This document shows positions 11,239 to 20,334 of a stretch of 64,000 bases of DNA, piece by piece; positions within the stretch are counted from its first letter, which is position 1, and every line of letters begins with the position of its first letter. Source of the DNA: Bacteriovoracia bacterium (GTDB lineage: Bacteria; Bdellovibrionota; UBA1018; JBFWNL01); assembly GCA_050251055.1 (NCBI GenBank), contig JBFWNL010000001.1, positions 171,825 through 235,824 on the forward strand. The letters run 5' to 3'. Position numbers and translations under genes: made by a program. The notes below the pieces were generated by a model. That model saw nothing but the letters and a program-made list of their open reading frames with translations. It was not told the DNA's origin and searched no databases.

Positions 11239-12318
11239 GTGATGAGTCGTGCACCGGCTAAAAAGAGTCGTGATAAGGCCCCCGTGGAGCGGCGGAAACA
11301 CCCTCGTTCTTCAGGCAAATCCCGCAAAGGAAGAGCATCGGCGGGGTCTAAGACCGCGGCTCAGGCCCGTGGCAAAGGCGTGGCTGAGCGCACCGTCGAG
11401 CACTGCCAGTCCTGCGAGAAGCATATGAGTCCGGGGGATCGGGCGCTGTTCGTCGAGGAAGAGTTTGGCCGGGTTTTTTGCTCGGAGGACTGCATCGTCA
11501 CGTATTTCACGCCCGAAATCGAGCGGTTGGAACGTGAATATTACGAAAATCTTTCAAAAGAGGATCTGACCGGCGACGAGCGCGAAAGCCTTGCCGACCT
11601 GCGTTGGAAGTCTCTCGATGAACCTTCCGAAGTGTGGCGAACGAAAACGCTCTCGGGAGATTACGTCTACAGTCTCATTGGCGCTTTCAATGTCGGCGAT
11701 CGAACGGTTTGGTGCATTAACCTCTGCTTGTTCCTGTACGGAGAGCCGAGCTTTCTGTTCTTGTCGTTCCTCACGGCCGACGCGAATCTGGTCGATTTTT
11801 ATCGCCGCGGGGAGCGCTATCATATGAAGAAAGGTGGCCAGGCCGCCGCGCAAGAACGTGGGGAGGGTGCCCCTTCTTCTAGCCAAGAGGGCGAGTCGGG
11901 ACTCCCGACCGACGGACTGGCCGAGCCTTGGACGCATGACGAGCTCTTTCGTGCTCGCCTCACTCAGATGCGCTCGGACGATGACGTGCCCATCGAGGAG
12001 TTCACGCGTTACGAAGCCTGCATGGAAGAAACCCTCAACAAACCCGATGAAGTTTGGGTTGTGGAAACGGGGTCGCCCGCCGATGCGTCTGCCGGCGAAG
12101 AGGGCGTGCAGCTATTTCATTTCATGAAGCAGTACAAGGACGAGGAGCCAAACGTTTGGTACATCGTCATCGCCCGTGGAACGGAAACGGAAGATCAGCT
12201 CGAAGTGCTGGACGCCTTTCCGACGCGGGATCGCCATCTCGTCGATCACTACCGCGTGGGTCGCGAGGAGTCCGCTGCGCCTACGACGCCGCTCGGCAGC
12301 AGCCGCCTGGTGCATTAA
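11239..12318 (+). CDS. Zn-finger plus tandem PBECR2-like (BECR nuclease-fold) domain protein
   Basis: CQSC...FCSEDC; two similar modules (LDEPSEVW...DFYRRG and LNKPDEVW...DHYRVG). Confidence 0.6.
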   Translation: MMSRAPAKKSRDKAPVERRKHPRSSGKSRKGRASAGSKTAAQARGKGVAERTVEHCQSCEKHMSPGDRALFVEEEFGRVFCSEDCIVTYFTPEIERLEREYYENLSKEDLTGDERESLADLRWKSLDEPSEVWRTKTLSGDYVYSLIGAFNVGDRTVWCINLCLFLYGEPSFLFLSFLTADANLVDFYRRGERYHMKKGGQAAAQERGEGAPSSSQEGESGLPTDGLAEPWTHDELFRARLTQMRSDDDVPIEEFTRYEACMEETLNKPDEVWVVETGSPADASAGEEGVQLFHFMKQYKDEEPNVWYIVIARGTETEDQLEVLDAFPTRDRHLVDHYRVGREESAAPTTPLGSSRLVH

Positions 12319-12363
12319 TTCCAGTACGAAGTTTTTTCCAATCGAGTTGATGCGGGATTCGGC

Positions 12364-12993
12364 CTACAGCGTTCCGTACGACCAGTAGCCCGAGTTCGCC
12401 GGCTGGCCGATGATTTCGCGCGGACAGATCTGGGGGTTGCCCGTAATGAGGCAATCGTTCATCTGATTCGGAAACTGTCCGCGGCCTTCCACGATGAATA
12501 CGCCTTGTACCGACGCGCCGCTAAAATCAAACTCCGCTTCGCCGTCCCCGTTCAGCGGATGGCACTGGCGGAGCGCGTTCGTGACGCCGCCGTTGGGATT
12601 GGGCGGGCCGTCCGGGATGGGAACCAAGTATCCGCTTTCTACGAGCGCCGGATATACGCAAATCATCGTGGATGAGGACCCGGAGAAAGATGCCGGCAGC
12701 AGGTTGCCGCTGACTTTCAGACGCGAGCCGTTTTTGCAAACCTTGAACATGCCGACGAGGAAGCCTCCGCCGACGTTGGCCATCCAGTTATCGTAAGGCA
12801 TGGCGTTGTAGTATTCCGGGCATTCGTAGCCGTCGCCGCTGGATCCCGCCTGCGCGTACTGCGCTTTGTTGCCGCGGTTCGCGAGGCGCGGATTGTAGGC
12901 CGCGCAAGAGCTGGCTAAGATCACGGCTAAGCCCGCCGCTAAGAATGCGAGGGCGCGTTGGCGTTCTGCTCTACGGTGTTTGAAAGTTTTCAT
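12364..12993 (-). CDS. Cys-rich lipoprotein, hypothetical
   Basis: Basic N-terminus, hydrophobic stretch, lipobox LASSC; several Cys. Start placed downstream of the sigma-54 site. Confidence 0.7.
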   Translation of the reverse strand: MKTFKHRRAERQRALAFLAAGLAVILASSCAAYNPRLANRGNKAQYAQAGSSGDGYECPEYYNAMPYDNWMANVGGGFLVGMFKVCKNGSRLKVSGNLLPASFSGSSSTMICVYPALVESGYLVPIPDGPPNPNGGVTNALRQCHPLNGDGEAEFDFSGASVQGVFIVEGRGQFPNQMNDCLITGNPQICPREIIGQPANSGYWSYGTL

Positions 12994-13008
12994 ATTGAAT
13001 CTAGATAA

Positions 13009-13024
13009 AGCAAGTGGGGTGCCA
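13009..13024 (-). promoter_or_regulatory. Putative sigma-54 promoter
   Basis: Minus strand TGGCAC-CCCAC-TTGCT, an exact consensus match, 15 bp before the ATG at 12993. Confidence 0.7.
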
Positions 13025-13143
13025 GATGATACTGAGGTCAAAAGCACGTGAAACCCGTGGTTTACGATCCGCGCCCTGTCTAGTTTTAGAACAGGTGTGA
13101 CTACGAAAGAAATGTGTCCGCGCGGACACAAGGTACGCGGGGA

Positions 13144-14910
13144 TTACCGTGCTTTGGCCCGTCCGCGGCTGGCGGAGGGCGACGGCCAGACGAGAAAGAT
13201 CACGCCCAGAATGGCGAGCAGGAGGCAGAAGCGGCCGAACCAATCGCCCCACTTTAAGAAGAGCGTGCTGGGCGGCGGAAACGACTTCACCGTAACGTTC
13301 ACGTACGCTTTGGAGAAAACCTCGGTTGCCTGGGTGATCTCGCCGTCGGGCCTAATCAAGGTCGTGATTCCCGTATTGGTGGCTCGTAGCTGGGGCAGAT
13401 GGGTCTCGATGCTGCGGAAGGCGCTGAGCGCCAGATGCAGGTGCGGCTCGCCGAAGGGACCGAACCAGGAATCGTTGGTGATATTGAGAATGAGGCGCGA
13501 ACCCTTGCGCGCGGCCTCGCGAGAGAATTCAGGGAAGAGCGCTTCGTAGCAGATGATGGGGCTAAACTGGAGGTACCGGTCGGGAATCGGCGCGGTTTTT
13601 TTTCCTTTGTTGGCGCCGGTTTTAGGCGGAGTGCTGGTGAGGCGCACTCGGTAGACGGTGGGGCCGGGACCTTGGCCAAAGAAGCCCATTTGCGGGAAGA
13701 GCTTCTTCGCGTCGAAAAAATACTGGGCAAGGGGAATGTACTCGCCGAAAGGAAGCAGGATGTGCTTGTGGTAAATCTGCAAATCCGCTTCGCTGGCCGG
13801 ACGCTCAAGCGGGATTCCGCCCTGGGCGGAGGCCAGCAGCGCCGGGTCGGGCTCGGGCGTCAGAAAAAAGAAGGAATTGTAGTCCTGGCGGTCTTTGGTG
13901 TCGTAGCCGCCAAAGAGCAGGGGGACGCGATTTTCCCGGGAAAAAGTTTCGAGGCGCTGATCGTAGCGAAGCTCGTTGGAGGTGAGCGGCGTGCGAAAGG
14001 TCGAGGGGTAAGAGGTTTCCGGCCAGATGATGGCTTCGGGCTTGGGGGTAGAGGCTAGGGCCTTTTCGGAAAGCTCGATGTACTGGCTAATGATGCGGTC
14101 GGCGGCGGCGGCCACGCCGGTTTCGGCCGCGACTTTTTCGAAGTCCCCGATATTCGCTTGTACCGCGGCGAGTTGGGTTTGTTCGGTGGAGGCTTCCCAA
14201 AGCGCGTGAAGTTCGGTCGCGCGCGCGCGACCGTAGAGCGTGGCGAGCACGCAAAGCAAAACGGATCCCGCGAGCGCCGGAAGGTGGGCGCGCAGCGCCG
14301 GCCAGAGGCTAGGCTGCTCGCGGTGACGGATGGCGAGATAAATCTGCGCCAGCGCGTGATTGACGAGAAAGATCAGTCCGGTGAGGACACTGGCGCCGCC
14401 CAGGTCGGCGACCTGGCGAATCCAACCGCGGTTGAACTGGGAGTGGCCCAAAGTATCGAGCCAGAGCTTCGGCAAAATCCAATCGATGCCGGTGTAAAGA
14501 ACGCCCGCCGCGAGCCAGGCGACAAGCGGGGACCAGGCACGCTTACGTGGCACGCGGCGCAGGTAGTGATAGGCGAGGGAGAATACGATAAACTGCGGCT
14601 CGCAAACGAGGCTAAAGACCAAGAGCGCCAAGATGCAGAGTACCCACGGCAGCTGCCCGAACTGGTGCATCGCGTACGCCATCCAGGAAAACCCCCCGAC
14701 GGTCATGACGGCACCCGTCCAAAGCCCCGAAAAGGCCGCCTGGAGAGGCGTTTTCGCCCGTTGCAGGAGGATCAGCCAGGGGACGAGCGCGATCCAGATC
14801 AGGAACGAGAGATTCCACGGCGGGAAGGAAACCACGATGAGCGCGCCGCTGAGGACGGAAAGCCAGGAGAACGAGATTTTGAGGCGGCGTAGGGCGAGCA
14901 CGGGGTTCAT
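13144..14910 (-). CDS. lnt: Apolipoprotein N-acyltransferase
   Basis: Multiple TM helices; WPETS, YHKHILLPFGEYIP and ICYEALF (E-K-C triad); NITNDSWFG, RATNTG. Confidence 0.95.
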   Translation of the reverse strand: MNPVLALRRLKISFSWLSVLSGALIVVSFPPWNLSFLIWIALVPWLILLQRAKTPLQAAFSGLWTGAVMTVGGFSWMAYAMHQFGQLPWVLCILALLVFSLVCEPQFIVFSLAYHYLRRVPRKRAWSPLVAWLAAGVLYTGIDWILPKLWLDTLGHSQFNRGWIRQVADLGGASVLTGLIFLVNHALAQIYLAIRHREQPSLWPALRAHLPALAGSVLLCVLATLYGRARATELHALWEASTEQTQLAAVQANIGDFEKVAAETGVAAAADRIISQYIELSEKALASTPKPEAIIWPETSYPSTFRTPLTSNELRYDQRLETFSRENRVPLLFGGYDTKDRQDYNSFFFLTPEPDPALLASAQGGIPLERPASEADLQIYHKHILLPFGEYIPLAQYFFDAKKLFPQMGFFGQGPGPTVYRVRLTSTPPKTGANKGKKTAPIPDRYLQFSPIICYEALFPEFSREAARKGSRLILNITNDSWFGPFGEPHLHLALSAFRSIETHLPQLRATNTGITTLIRPDGEITQATEVFSKAYVNVTVKSFPPPSTLFLKWGDWFGRFCLLLAILGVIFLVWPSPSASRGRAKAR

Positions 14911-14961
14911 GATACCCGGGGAAACGCCGATTTTTAAAGGGAATTCTGGCCCCGGGGAGGG

Positions 14962-16221
14962 TTAAACCACACGTCGCTTGCCGCGTTTGATCGTCTTCTT
15001 GGCCGGGGCCTTCTTTTCCGGCGCGGGCGTGACGGCTGGCGCGGATGAGGGATCGAGGTTCGCTTGCAACTTGGTGAGCGCGGCGAGCGCGTTTACGCGT
15101 CCACCGGTGGCGACCTTGTTTTCGAGCTGGGGGAGCTTGTCGACTGAGTCCATGATGATGCGCTTGACCTGAGCCGGAGTGAGGCTCGGATTTTTGGACA
15201 GCAGCAGCGCCGCGATGCCCGAGACGAATGCCGTGGCTTGCGAGGTGCCGGACATGTAGCCGTAACGACCGCCCGGCAACGTGCTGTAGATGTTCTCACC
15301 GGGGGCGGCGACTTCAACCTTGGTTTTGCCCCAGTTAGATGAGGCGAGCAAGTTGTTGTTGATGTCGGTGGCGGCGACCGAGAGGATGTTGCTTAGGCCG
15401 TAGGCCGAAGGATAGTAATAGTGCTCGGGGGCGTCGGTGTTCTGGTGCTCGTTGCCGGCGGCGGCGACGAAAAGGATGCCCTGAGCTTCGGCACGTTTGA
15501 TAGCGAGGTATTCCTCGCGCGAAAATTCAGGCCCGCCGCCGCTATAGTTGATGATACGGGCGCCGTGATCGATGGCGTAATGGATCGCTCGGACGGTGTT
15601 GTTGAGATTCACCGGACCGGGGTTGGAGTCCGAGTAATACTTCACCGACATAATCGAAACTTGGTGGGCTACGCCGCTGACGCCCGTGATGGGGTTCGCC
15701 ACGGCGCCGATAATGCCCGCGACGTGGGTGCCGTGGCCGTGGTTGTCGGCGGGATTGGGCTGGTTGCGCACGAAATCCCAGCCGTAGACGTCTTTGCTGA
15801 ATTTACTGGTAAGGCCGCGACCCCGTTTGGCGTCACTGCTCCCGCTGCTGACATCCTTTTGGGCCCATACGTTTTGGCGCAGATCGGGGTGGGAGGAGTC
15901 CAGGCCCGTGTCGATCACGGCGACGAGTACGTTGCGCGAGCCTTCGGTGATTTTCCAGGCCTCGACGGCGTTGATATGCGAGCGGCCCTGATCGTTGATC
16001 AGGCCCCAGTTCTTGTAGCCCTGAGGGATGACTTTCTTGGCGCCCGGCACGACTGCGGCCAGATGGCGTGCGATGTCGCCGAAGGAGCTAGCGAAGGGTG
16101 CTGATCCTGACAGGCCGACCCAGGCGACGCCGAGGGTGGCGACCAAGCCGAAGGCGGCGAGGGTGCGGGAGAAAAATTTCTTTTCGGGGGATTTTGGTGG
16201 CGACGGCTGCATTGGGTTCAT
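14962..16221 (-). CDS. Subtilisin-like S8 serine peptidase
   Basis: VAVIDTG, HGHGTHVAG, AAAGN, SGTSQAT; N-terminal signal/TM segment. Start chosen downstream of the sigma-54 site. Confidence 0.92.
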   Translation of the reverse strand: MNPMQPSPPKSPEKKFFSRTLAAFGLVATLGVAWVGLSGSAPFASSFGDIARHLAAVVPGAKKVIPQGYKNWGLINDQGRSHINAVEAWKITEGSRNVLVAVIDTGLDSSHPDLRQNVWAQKDVSSGSSDAKRGRGLTSKFSKDVYGWDFVRNQPNPADNHGHGTHVAGIIGAVANPITGVSGVAHQVSIMSVKYYSDSNPGPVNLNNTVRAIHYAIDHGARIINYSGGGPEFSREEYLAIKRAEAQGILFVAAAGNEHQNTDAPEHYYYPSAYGLSNILSVAATDINNNLLASSNWGKTKVEVAAPGENIYSTLPGGRYGYMSGTSQATAFVSGIAALLLSKNPSLTPAQVKRIIMDSVDKLPQLENKVATGGRVNALAALTKLQANLDPSSAPAVTPAPEKKAPAKKTIKRGKRRVV

Positions 16222-16289
16222 CTCTACTTCCACGCTTTCCACTGCTACGGCTGCGGACGCGAACTCAGCGCCCTTCTCAGGGCTACTAG

Positions 16290-16305
16290 AGCAAGGGGTA
16301 TGCCG
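16290..16305 (-). promoter_or_regulatory. Putative sigma-54 promoter
   Basis: Minus strand CGGCAT-ACCCC-TTGCT upstream of the subtilase. Confidence 0.6.
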
Positions 16306-16541
16306 GGCAAGGAATGCCGAGAGGAGAACGCTCATTTATTTTAAGCCTTAAGTATCCAGCGGTTGCTGGCGGTCAGGTCGCTTTTCACGCCCCGAGAAAG
16401 GGGCGATTCTGTCTAAACATTGGTCAGCTGTGTGACTGCCAAGTAGTCGCCTAGGCAGGGCCCAATTTCGTGGGCGCCAGGGGACTGGCGATCAATCCCG
16501 ACCAATTTAGGCCTAGAGAATGACTAGCCGATGCGTAGGAC

Positions 16542-17474
16542 ATGAGGTTGTCCTGGGCGGCTTCCGCCGTCGCGCTATATGCAATCCTAGGAGTTCAGCT
16601 CGCGATGCCTTCGGCGGGGCTGGAGACCGTCTCGGCCGAGTCCCTTACCATTTCGAATGTCATCCAATACCTGCGAGCGACGCCGACGGGAACGAAGCTG
16701 CTGGCGCGCGCCCAGCGCCGCTGGAAATTGCGTTCGCTCGAGGAGCTCGTATCCCGCCTGAAATGGAGCGCGGTTTCGCGCACCGATGCCGTGCTTACCC
16801 GCCACCTGGACGCCCACACCGGCGAAGAAGTCCGCGACCGGGAGGTTACGATATACCTGAAGCGCCACCCTCAGGCCGTGGACACGATATTGGATTTGGC
16901 CCACGAGCTGACGCACGCCGTGGCGAACCCGCACTGGGATCCGTATGATCCGGAACTCACCGTGGGCAAGTACATCTGGCATGCCATCGAAGGCGAAGGC
17001 GGGGAAGTGGATGCCGTCGTGAGCGAGTGCCAGGTCGCGCTGGAGATTTCGCAGGCGAACACTCGAGGGGGGCCACGGGTTTCCGAAGAGCGCTGCGCGC
17101 GTTACCTCACCTGGGATAAGGTGGCGGGCCGCGTGGATCGCACTCGGGTGCAGCAGGACTTTTATAAAGTGGGCGGGCTGAAGTCGCGCATTACTGACAT
17201 GCTGGGAAGGGAGGCGGGGATGTTCCCGCTGCTTTCAGGCGCCCGCGCCGAGCTTTTCTCTTCGACCGGCAAATCGCCTTACCCAGCGGCCTTGGCCGAG
17301 GAGTTCCACGAAATGAACCGCATGGCTTGCGTGAATACGCGGAAACGCTTCACGCTGCTGCGCTCGCCTGCCTCCGAGATGGCGCAGCCGAATCGTTCCG
17401 ACCGCGTGCGTTCCCGGGAGTCGACCCTCCGATTTCTCTCCAAACGCTGCGGGAGTATCGATTGGAGCGGCTAA
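16542..17474 (+). CDS. Secreted hypothetical protein with HExxH motif (possible zincin)
   Basis: Signal peptide; LAHELTHA plus a downstream GEVDA Glu as possible third ligand. Confidence 0.6.
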   Translation: MRLSWAASAVALYAILGVQLAMPSAGLETVSAESLTISNVIQYLRATPTGTKLLARAQRRWKLRSLEELVSRLKWSAVSRTDAVLTRHLDAHTGEEVRDREVTIYLKRHPQAVDTILDLAHELTHAVANPHWDPYDPELTVGKYIWHAIEGEGGEVDAVVSECQVALEISQANTRGGPRVSEERCARYLTWDKVAGRVDRTRVQQDFYKVGGLKSRITDMLGREAGMFPLLSGARAELFSSTGKSPYPAALAEEFHEMNRMACVNTRKRFTLLRSPASEMAQPNRSDRVRSRESTLRFLSKRCGSIDWSG

Positions 17475-17956
17475 TCCTCATCCGGCACGCTCACCGGGAC
17501 ACCTCCGAGCGGGAAAAAGACAACGGCCTCGATAAACTAGGTAAACGGCAAGCCAAAGCGTTAGCTGGGCTCTTCCGTACGCTCGAAGGGAAGAAGTCCG
17601 AGCCTCTACTCGTCTCAAGCCCGAAGAAACGCTGCCGCGAGACGCTGGAACCGATCGCTGAACTGACCGATAGTGAAGTCGAAGCTCATCCGCTATTAGA
17701 CGAACAGCATGGGTTCGAGGACATGCGTACGTTTGAGCTGCGGATTCGCGATTTCTTCAAGTGGCTCGACGGGCAGAAAAAAAATGAAATCGTCGTGGCT
17801 TGCTCACACGGTGATTGGCTTCCCATCGCGCTCGAGATGTCGACCGGAGCGCGCGCGTTCACCGAAAAAGCCTCTTACGCTGAACTTCGCCGTCTAGGCT
17901 CCCGCTGGGTGCTCTACCAGCTGGTTCAAGATCCTACGGAATTCGACGGCAGTTAA
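17462..17956 (+). CDS. Histidine phosphatase (SixA-like) family protein
   Basis: LILIRHA, SSPKKRCRET and CSHGD motifs; probable TTG start. Confidence 0.8.
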   Translation: MERLILIRHAHRDTSEREKDNGLDKLGKRQAKALAGLFRTLEGKKSEPLLVSSPKKRCRETLEPIAELTDSEVEAHPLLDEQHGFEDMRTFELRIRDFFKWLDGQKKNEIVVACSHGDWLPIALEMSTGARAFTEKASYAELRRLGSRWVLYQLVQDPTEFDGS

Positions 17957-18407
17957 GGTAACCGTTGAAGGTTTGCGATTCGCCCTCACCCAGGGACAAT
18001 GCCACGTGAAGCGGGGTCTTGAGTTTATCGAAACCATACATAGTGGTGGGCTCGCTCGTCGTCGTCACCTTGAGCGGTTGGCTGGCGACGATGCGTACGC
18101 CTACCTCGGTATTGTCCCATTGATAGAACTCGGCCACTACGTGGGGACTTGATTTCGCCGGAAAGCGAAGCTGGAAATCGCCCGGAGGGCCGCTCTGGAG
18201 GGTGAACTCCAGTTTTTCGTTCCGGCTATAATAGGTCTTGTTTTCGTCGATCCAAATTTCGAAGCGCTGTTCGTGGCTCAGCAGCCCCTTCGTGAACTCG
18301 GTGAGCTTGCATTCGGCAAAAACGGTGAGCTGTTTCGGGGGTATGGGTTCAGCGGCCGCCCCCAGTAACAGGGGACACAAAGCCAAGAGACTTAATCTCA
18401 ACTTCAT
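17934..18407 (-). CDS. Secreted hypothetical protein
   Basis: GGAG SD and signal peptide MKLRLSLLALCPLLLGAAA. Confidence 0.65.
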   Translation of the reverse strand: MKLRLSLLALCPLLLGAAAEPIPPKQLTVFAECKLTEFTKGLLSHEQRFEIWIDENKTYYSRNEKLEFTLQSGPPGDFQLRFPAKSSPHVVAEFYQWDNTEVGVRIVASQPLKVTTTSEPTTMYGFDKLKTPLHVALSLGEGESQTFNGYLNCRRIP

Positions 18408-18489
18408 AGATGCTCCTATGGAATATTCCAGCGACCATGCCCGATCGAGGTGGGATTATAACGCTATGCATCAAAAGTCAAGATGAAGC

Positions 18490-19155
18490 CTAAGACGAAG
18501 GTTGAAACTTTTCGGGAGCGGAGCGGGAGCAGGGGGTAGTGGCAAGCGCGTTCTGGTAAGCACGAAACACGCACGGAAACGCTTCGAGTTTTAGTCCGCG
18601 GCGAAGGGCGTTGTAACATTGGGGGATGAGCGCAAGGTCCGCCATTGTTACGTGGTCCCCGACCGCGTGTTTGCCGGCAATGGGCGCGCAAAGCTTTTCG
18701 AAAGCCGCCAATCCCGCCTCGTTCCACTGCTGGGCCCACTTTCCCTGTTCCACCTCGTCGGAAGAATGCCTGCGCATGACGTTTAGATTCTGAATGGGCT
18801 GGGTGTCGGCGACGATCGTCAGCGCGAGCGCGCGCACGCGTCCCTTCAGGTAGGAATCCGTAGGGTAGAGCGGTGAGGTGGGATGGTTTTCTTCCAGCCA
18901 ATCGATGATGGCGAGAGACTGGGTGAGGAAGCGGCGGTCGGGATTGTTTTCGCCTAGGAACTCGAGCGTCGGCACGGATCCCAATGGGTTGCGCGCCAGG
19001 TTCTCGGCCGCCTTCTGCTCGCCCTTCAAAAGGTCGATGTGATTCAGCTCGGGCAGCGGCAGTCCCTTGTGGAGAAACGCCCAGCGCACACGCCAGCTGC
19101 AGGAGGAGCGCCAGTAATGATGGAGGCGCAGTCTCGGCGGTACGCCTGCGCTCAC
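18490..19155 (-). CDS. maiA: Maleylacetoacetate isomerase (GST zeta)
   Basis: YWRSSCSWRVR, NPLGSVP, TQSLAII, DTQPIQNL; GTG start overlapping the fahA-like stop. Confidence 0.9.
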   Translation of the reverse strand: MSAGVPPRLRLHHYWRSSCSWRVRWAFLHKGLPLPELNHIDLLKGEQKAAENLARNPLGSVPTLEFLGENNPDRRFLTQSLAIIDWLEENHPTSPLYPTDSYLKGRVRALALTIVADTQPIQNLNVMRRHSSDEVEQGKWAQQWNEAGLAAFEKLCAPIAGKHAVGDHVTMADLALIPQCYNALRRGLKLEAFPCVFRAYQNALATTPCSRSAPEKFQPSS

Positions 19156-20207
19156 CGCGAAACCTCTTCGGCCGTTATGGTGTTTTGTAGACGTCCGAGA
19201 CCCGTAACGAGCAGGTCGACCCGGTCGCCAGGCTTGAGCCATTGGTTATCGGTGATCTTCGAGCCGTTTAACTCCAGAAAACAGCCAGTGCCTACCGTGC
19301 CGGAGCCGATGACTTCGCCAGGCTGTAGGGTCACCCCGTAGCTCACGCGCTCAATAATCTGCGCGTAAGTCCAGGTCATATCTTTCTGATTGCCATCCGA
19401 CACCAGTTTGTCATTCACCCAGCACTGCATGCGGAGATCAAAACGCTCGCCGTTCGGTCCGGCCTGACGATAACTTGCGAGCTCGTCGCGCGTCACCAGA
19501 TAAGGCCCGAGCGAAGTCGCGAAGTCCTTACCCTTGGCGGGGCCCAGGTTGAGCTTCATTTCCTCCATCTGAAGGTGACGGGCCGACCAGTCGTTCATGA
19601 TCGTATAGCCGAAGATGTGGTCGTCGGCGTCTTTCGCGGCGATATTCCGGCCGCCCTTGCCGATGACGATCGCGGTTTCGAGTTCGAAGTCGAGCTTCTC
19701 GCGAGCAAGCGGCATGACCGGAATGGGGCCTGGGCCGGTGACGGCAAGATGGTTCGTATAATAGAAAATCGGGAAGTGATCGAATTCAGGAATCATCGGC
19801 ACGCCCCGGTTCCGGCGGGCAGCCTCCACGTGTTGGCGGAAAGCGTAGCCGTCGCGCATGGAGGGAGGATTGGGGAGTGGCGAGTGCAGGGTAGCGAGTT
19901 TTTCCGGGTAGAGCATCGACTGTGGAATCTGCTTGGCGGAAAACGCCGCGCGCACCTTTTCGCAGGCCAAGAGCGACGCGGGCGCCTGCTGGATAATCGT
20001 GAGCATCCCTTCCCGCGTGGCGGGGATGATCGTCGGCGCGGGAAGCCCGGCGGGATCGCGGCGGTAAACGAATTCATAGGCTTCGGCGAGATCTATAATG
20101 ATCCCGTTGGCGGCATCGTCTTGCTGTTCCGGGCTGGGGGAGTCCGTCACCCGGAGTCCAGGCCGTGCACCGGGCTTTCCGGGGCGAGAAAAAGTCACGA
20201 ATTTCAT
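19152..20207 (-). CDS. Fumarylacetoacetate hydrolase family protein
   Basis: RDGYAFRQH, LDFELE, NDWSAR, KGKDFATSLGP, GSGTVGTG; coupled to maiA (homogentisate pathway). Confidence 0.9.
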   Translation of the reverse strand: MKFVTFSRPGKPGARPGLRVTDSPSPEQQDDAANGIIIDLAEAYEFVYRRDPAGLPAPTIIPATREGMLTIIQQAPASLLACEKVRAAFSAKQIPQSMLYPEKLATLHSPLPNPPSMRDGYAFRQHVEAARRNRGVPMIPEFDHFPIFYYTNHLAVTGPGPIPVMPLAREKLDFELETAIVIGKGGRNIAAKDADDHIFGYTIMNDWSARHLQMEEMKLNLGPAKGKDFATSLGPYLVTRDELASYRQAGPNGERFDLRMQCWVNDKLVSDGNQKDMTWTYAQIIERVSYGVTLQPGEVIGSGTVGTGCFLELNGSKITDNQWLKPGDRVDLLVTGLGRLQNTITAEEVSR

Positions 20208-20334
20208 AGGGTAGCGACTTTACGTCGGGGGGTGAGGAGCGGCAAGAAAAATGGTTGCGCATCCGATGCGGAACGTCATAAGTCTGCGCTAAATCAGGGA
20301 TTCAAGATTGTTTTGAGGATAGGAGAGGGCGCGT

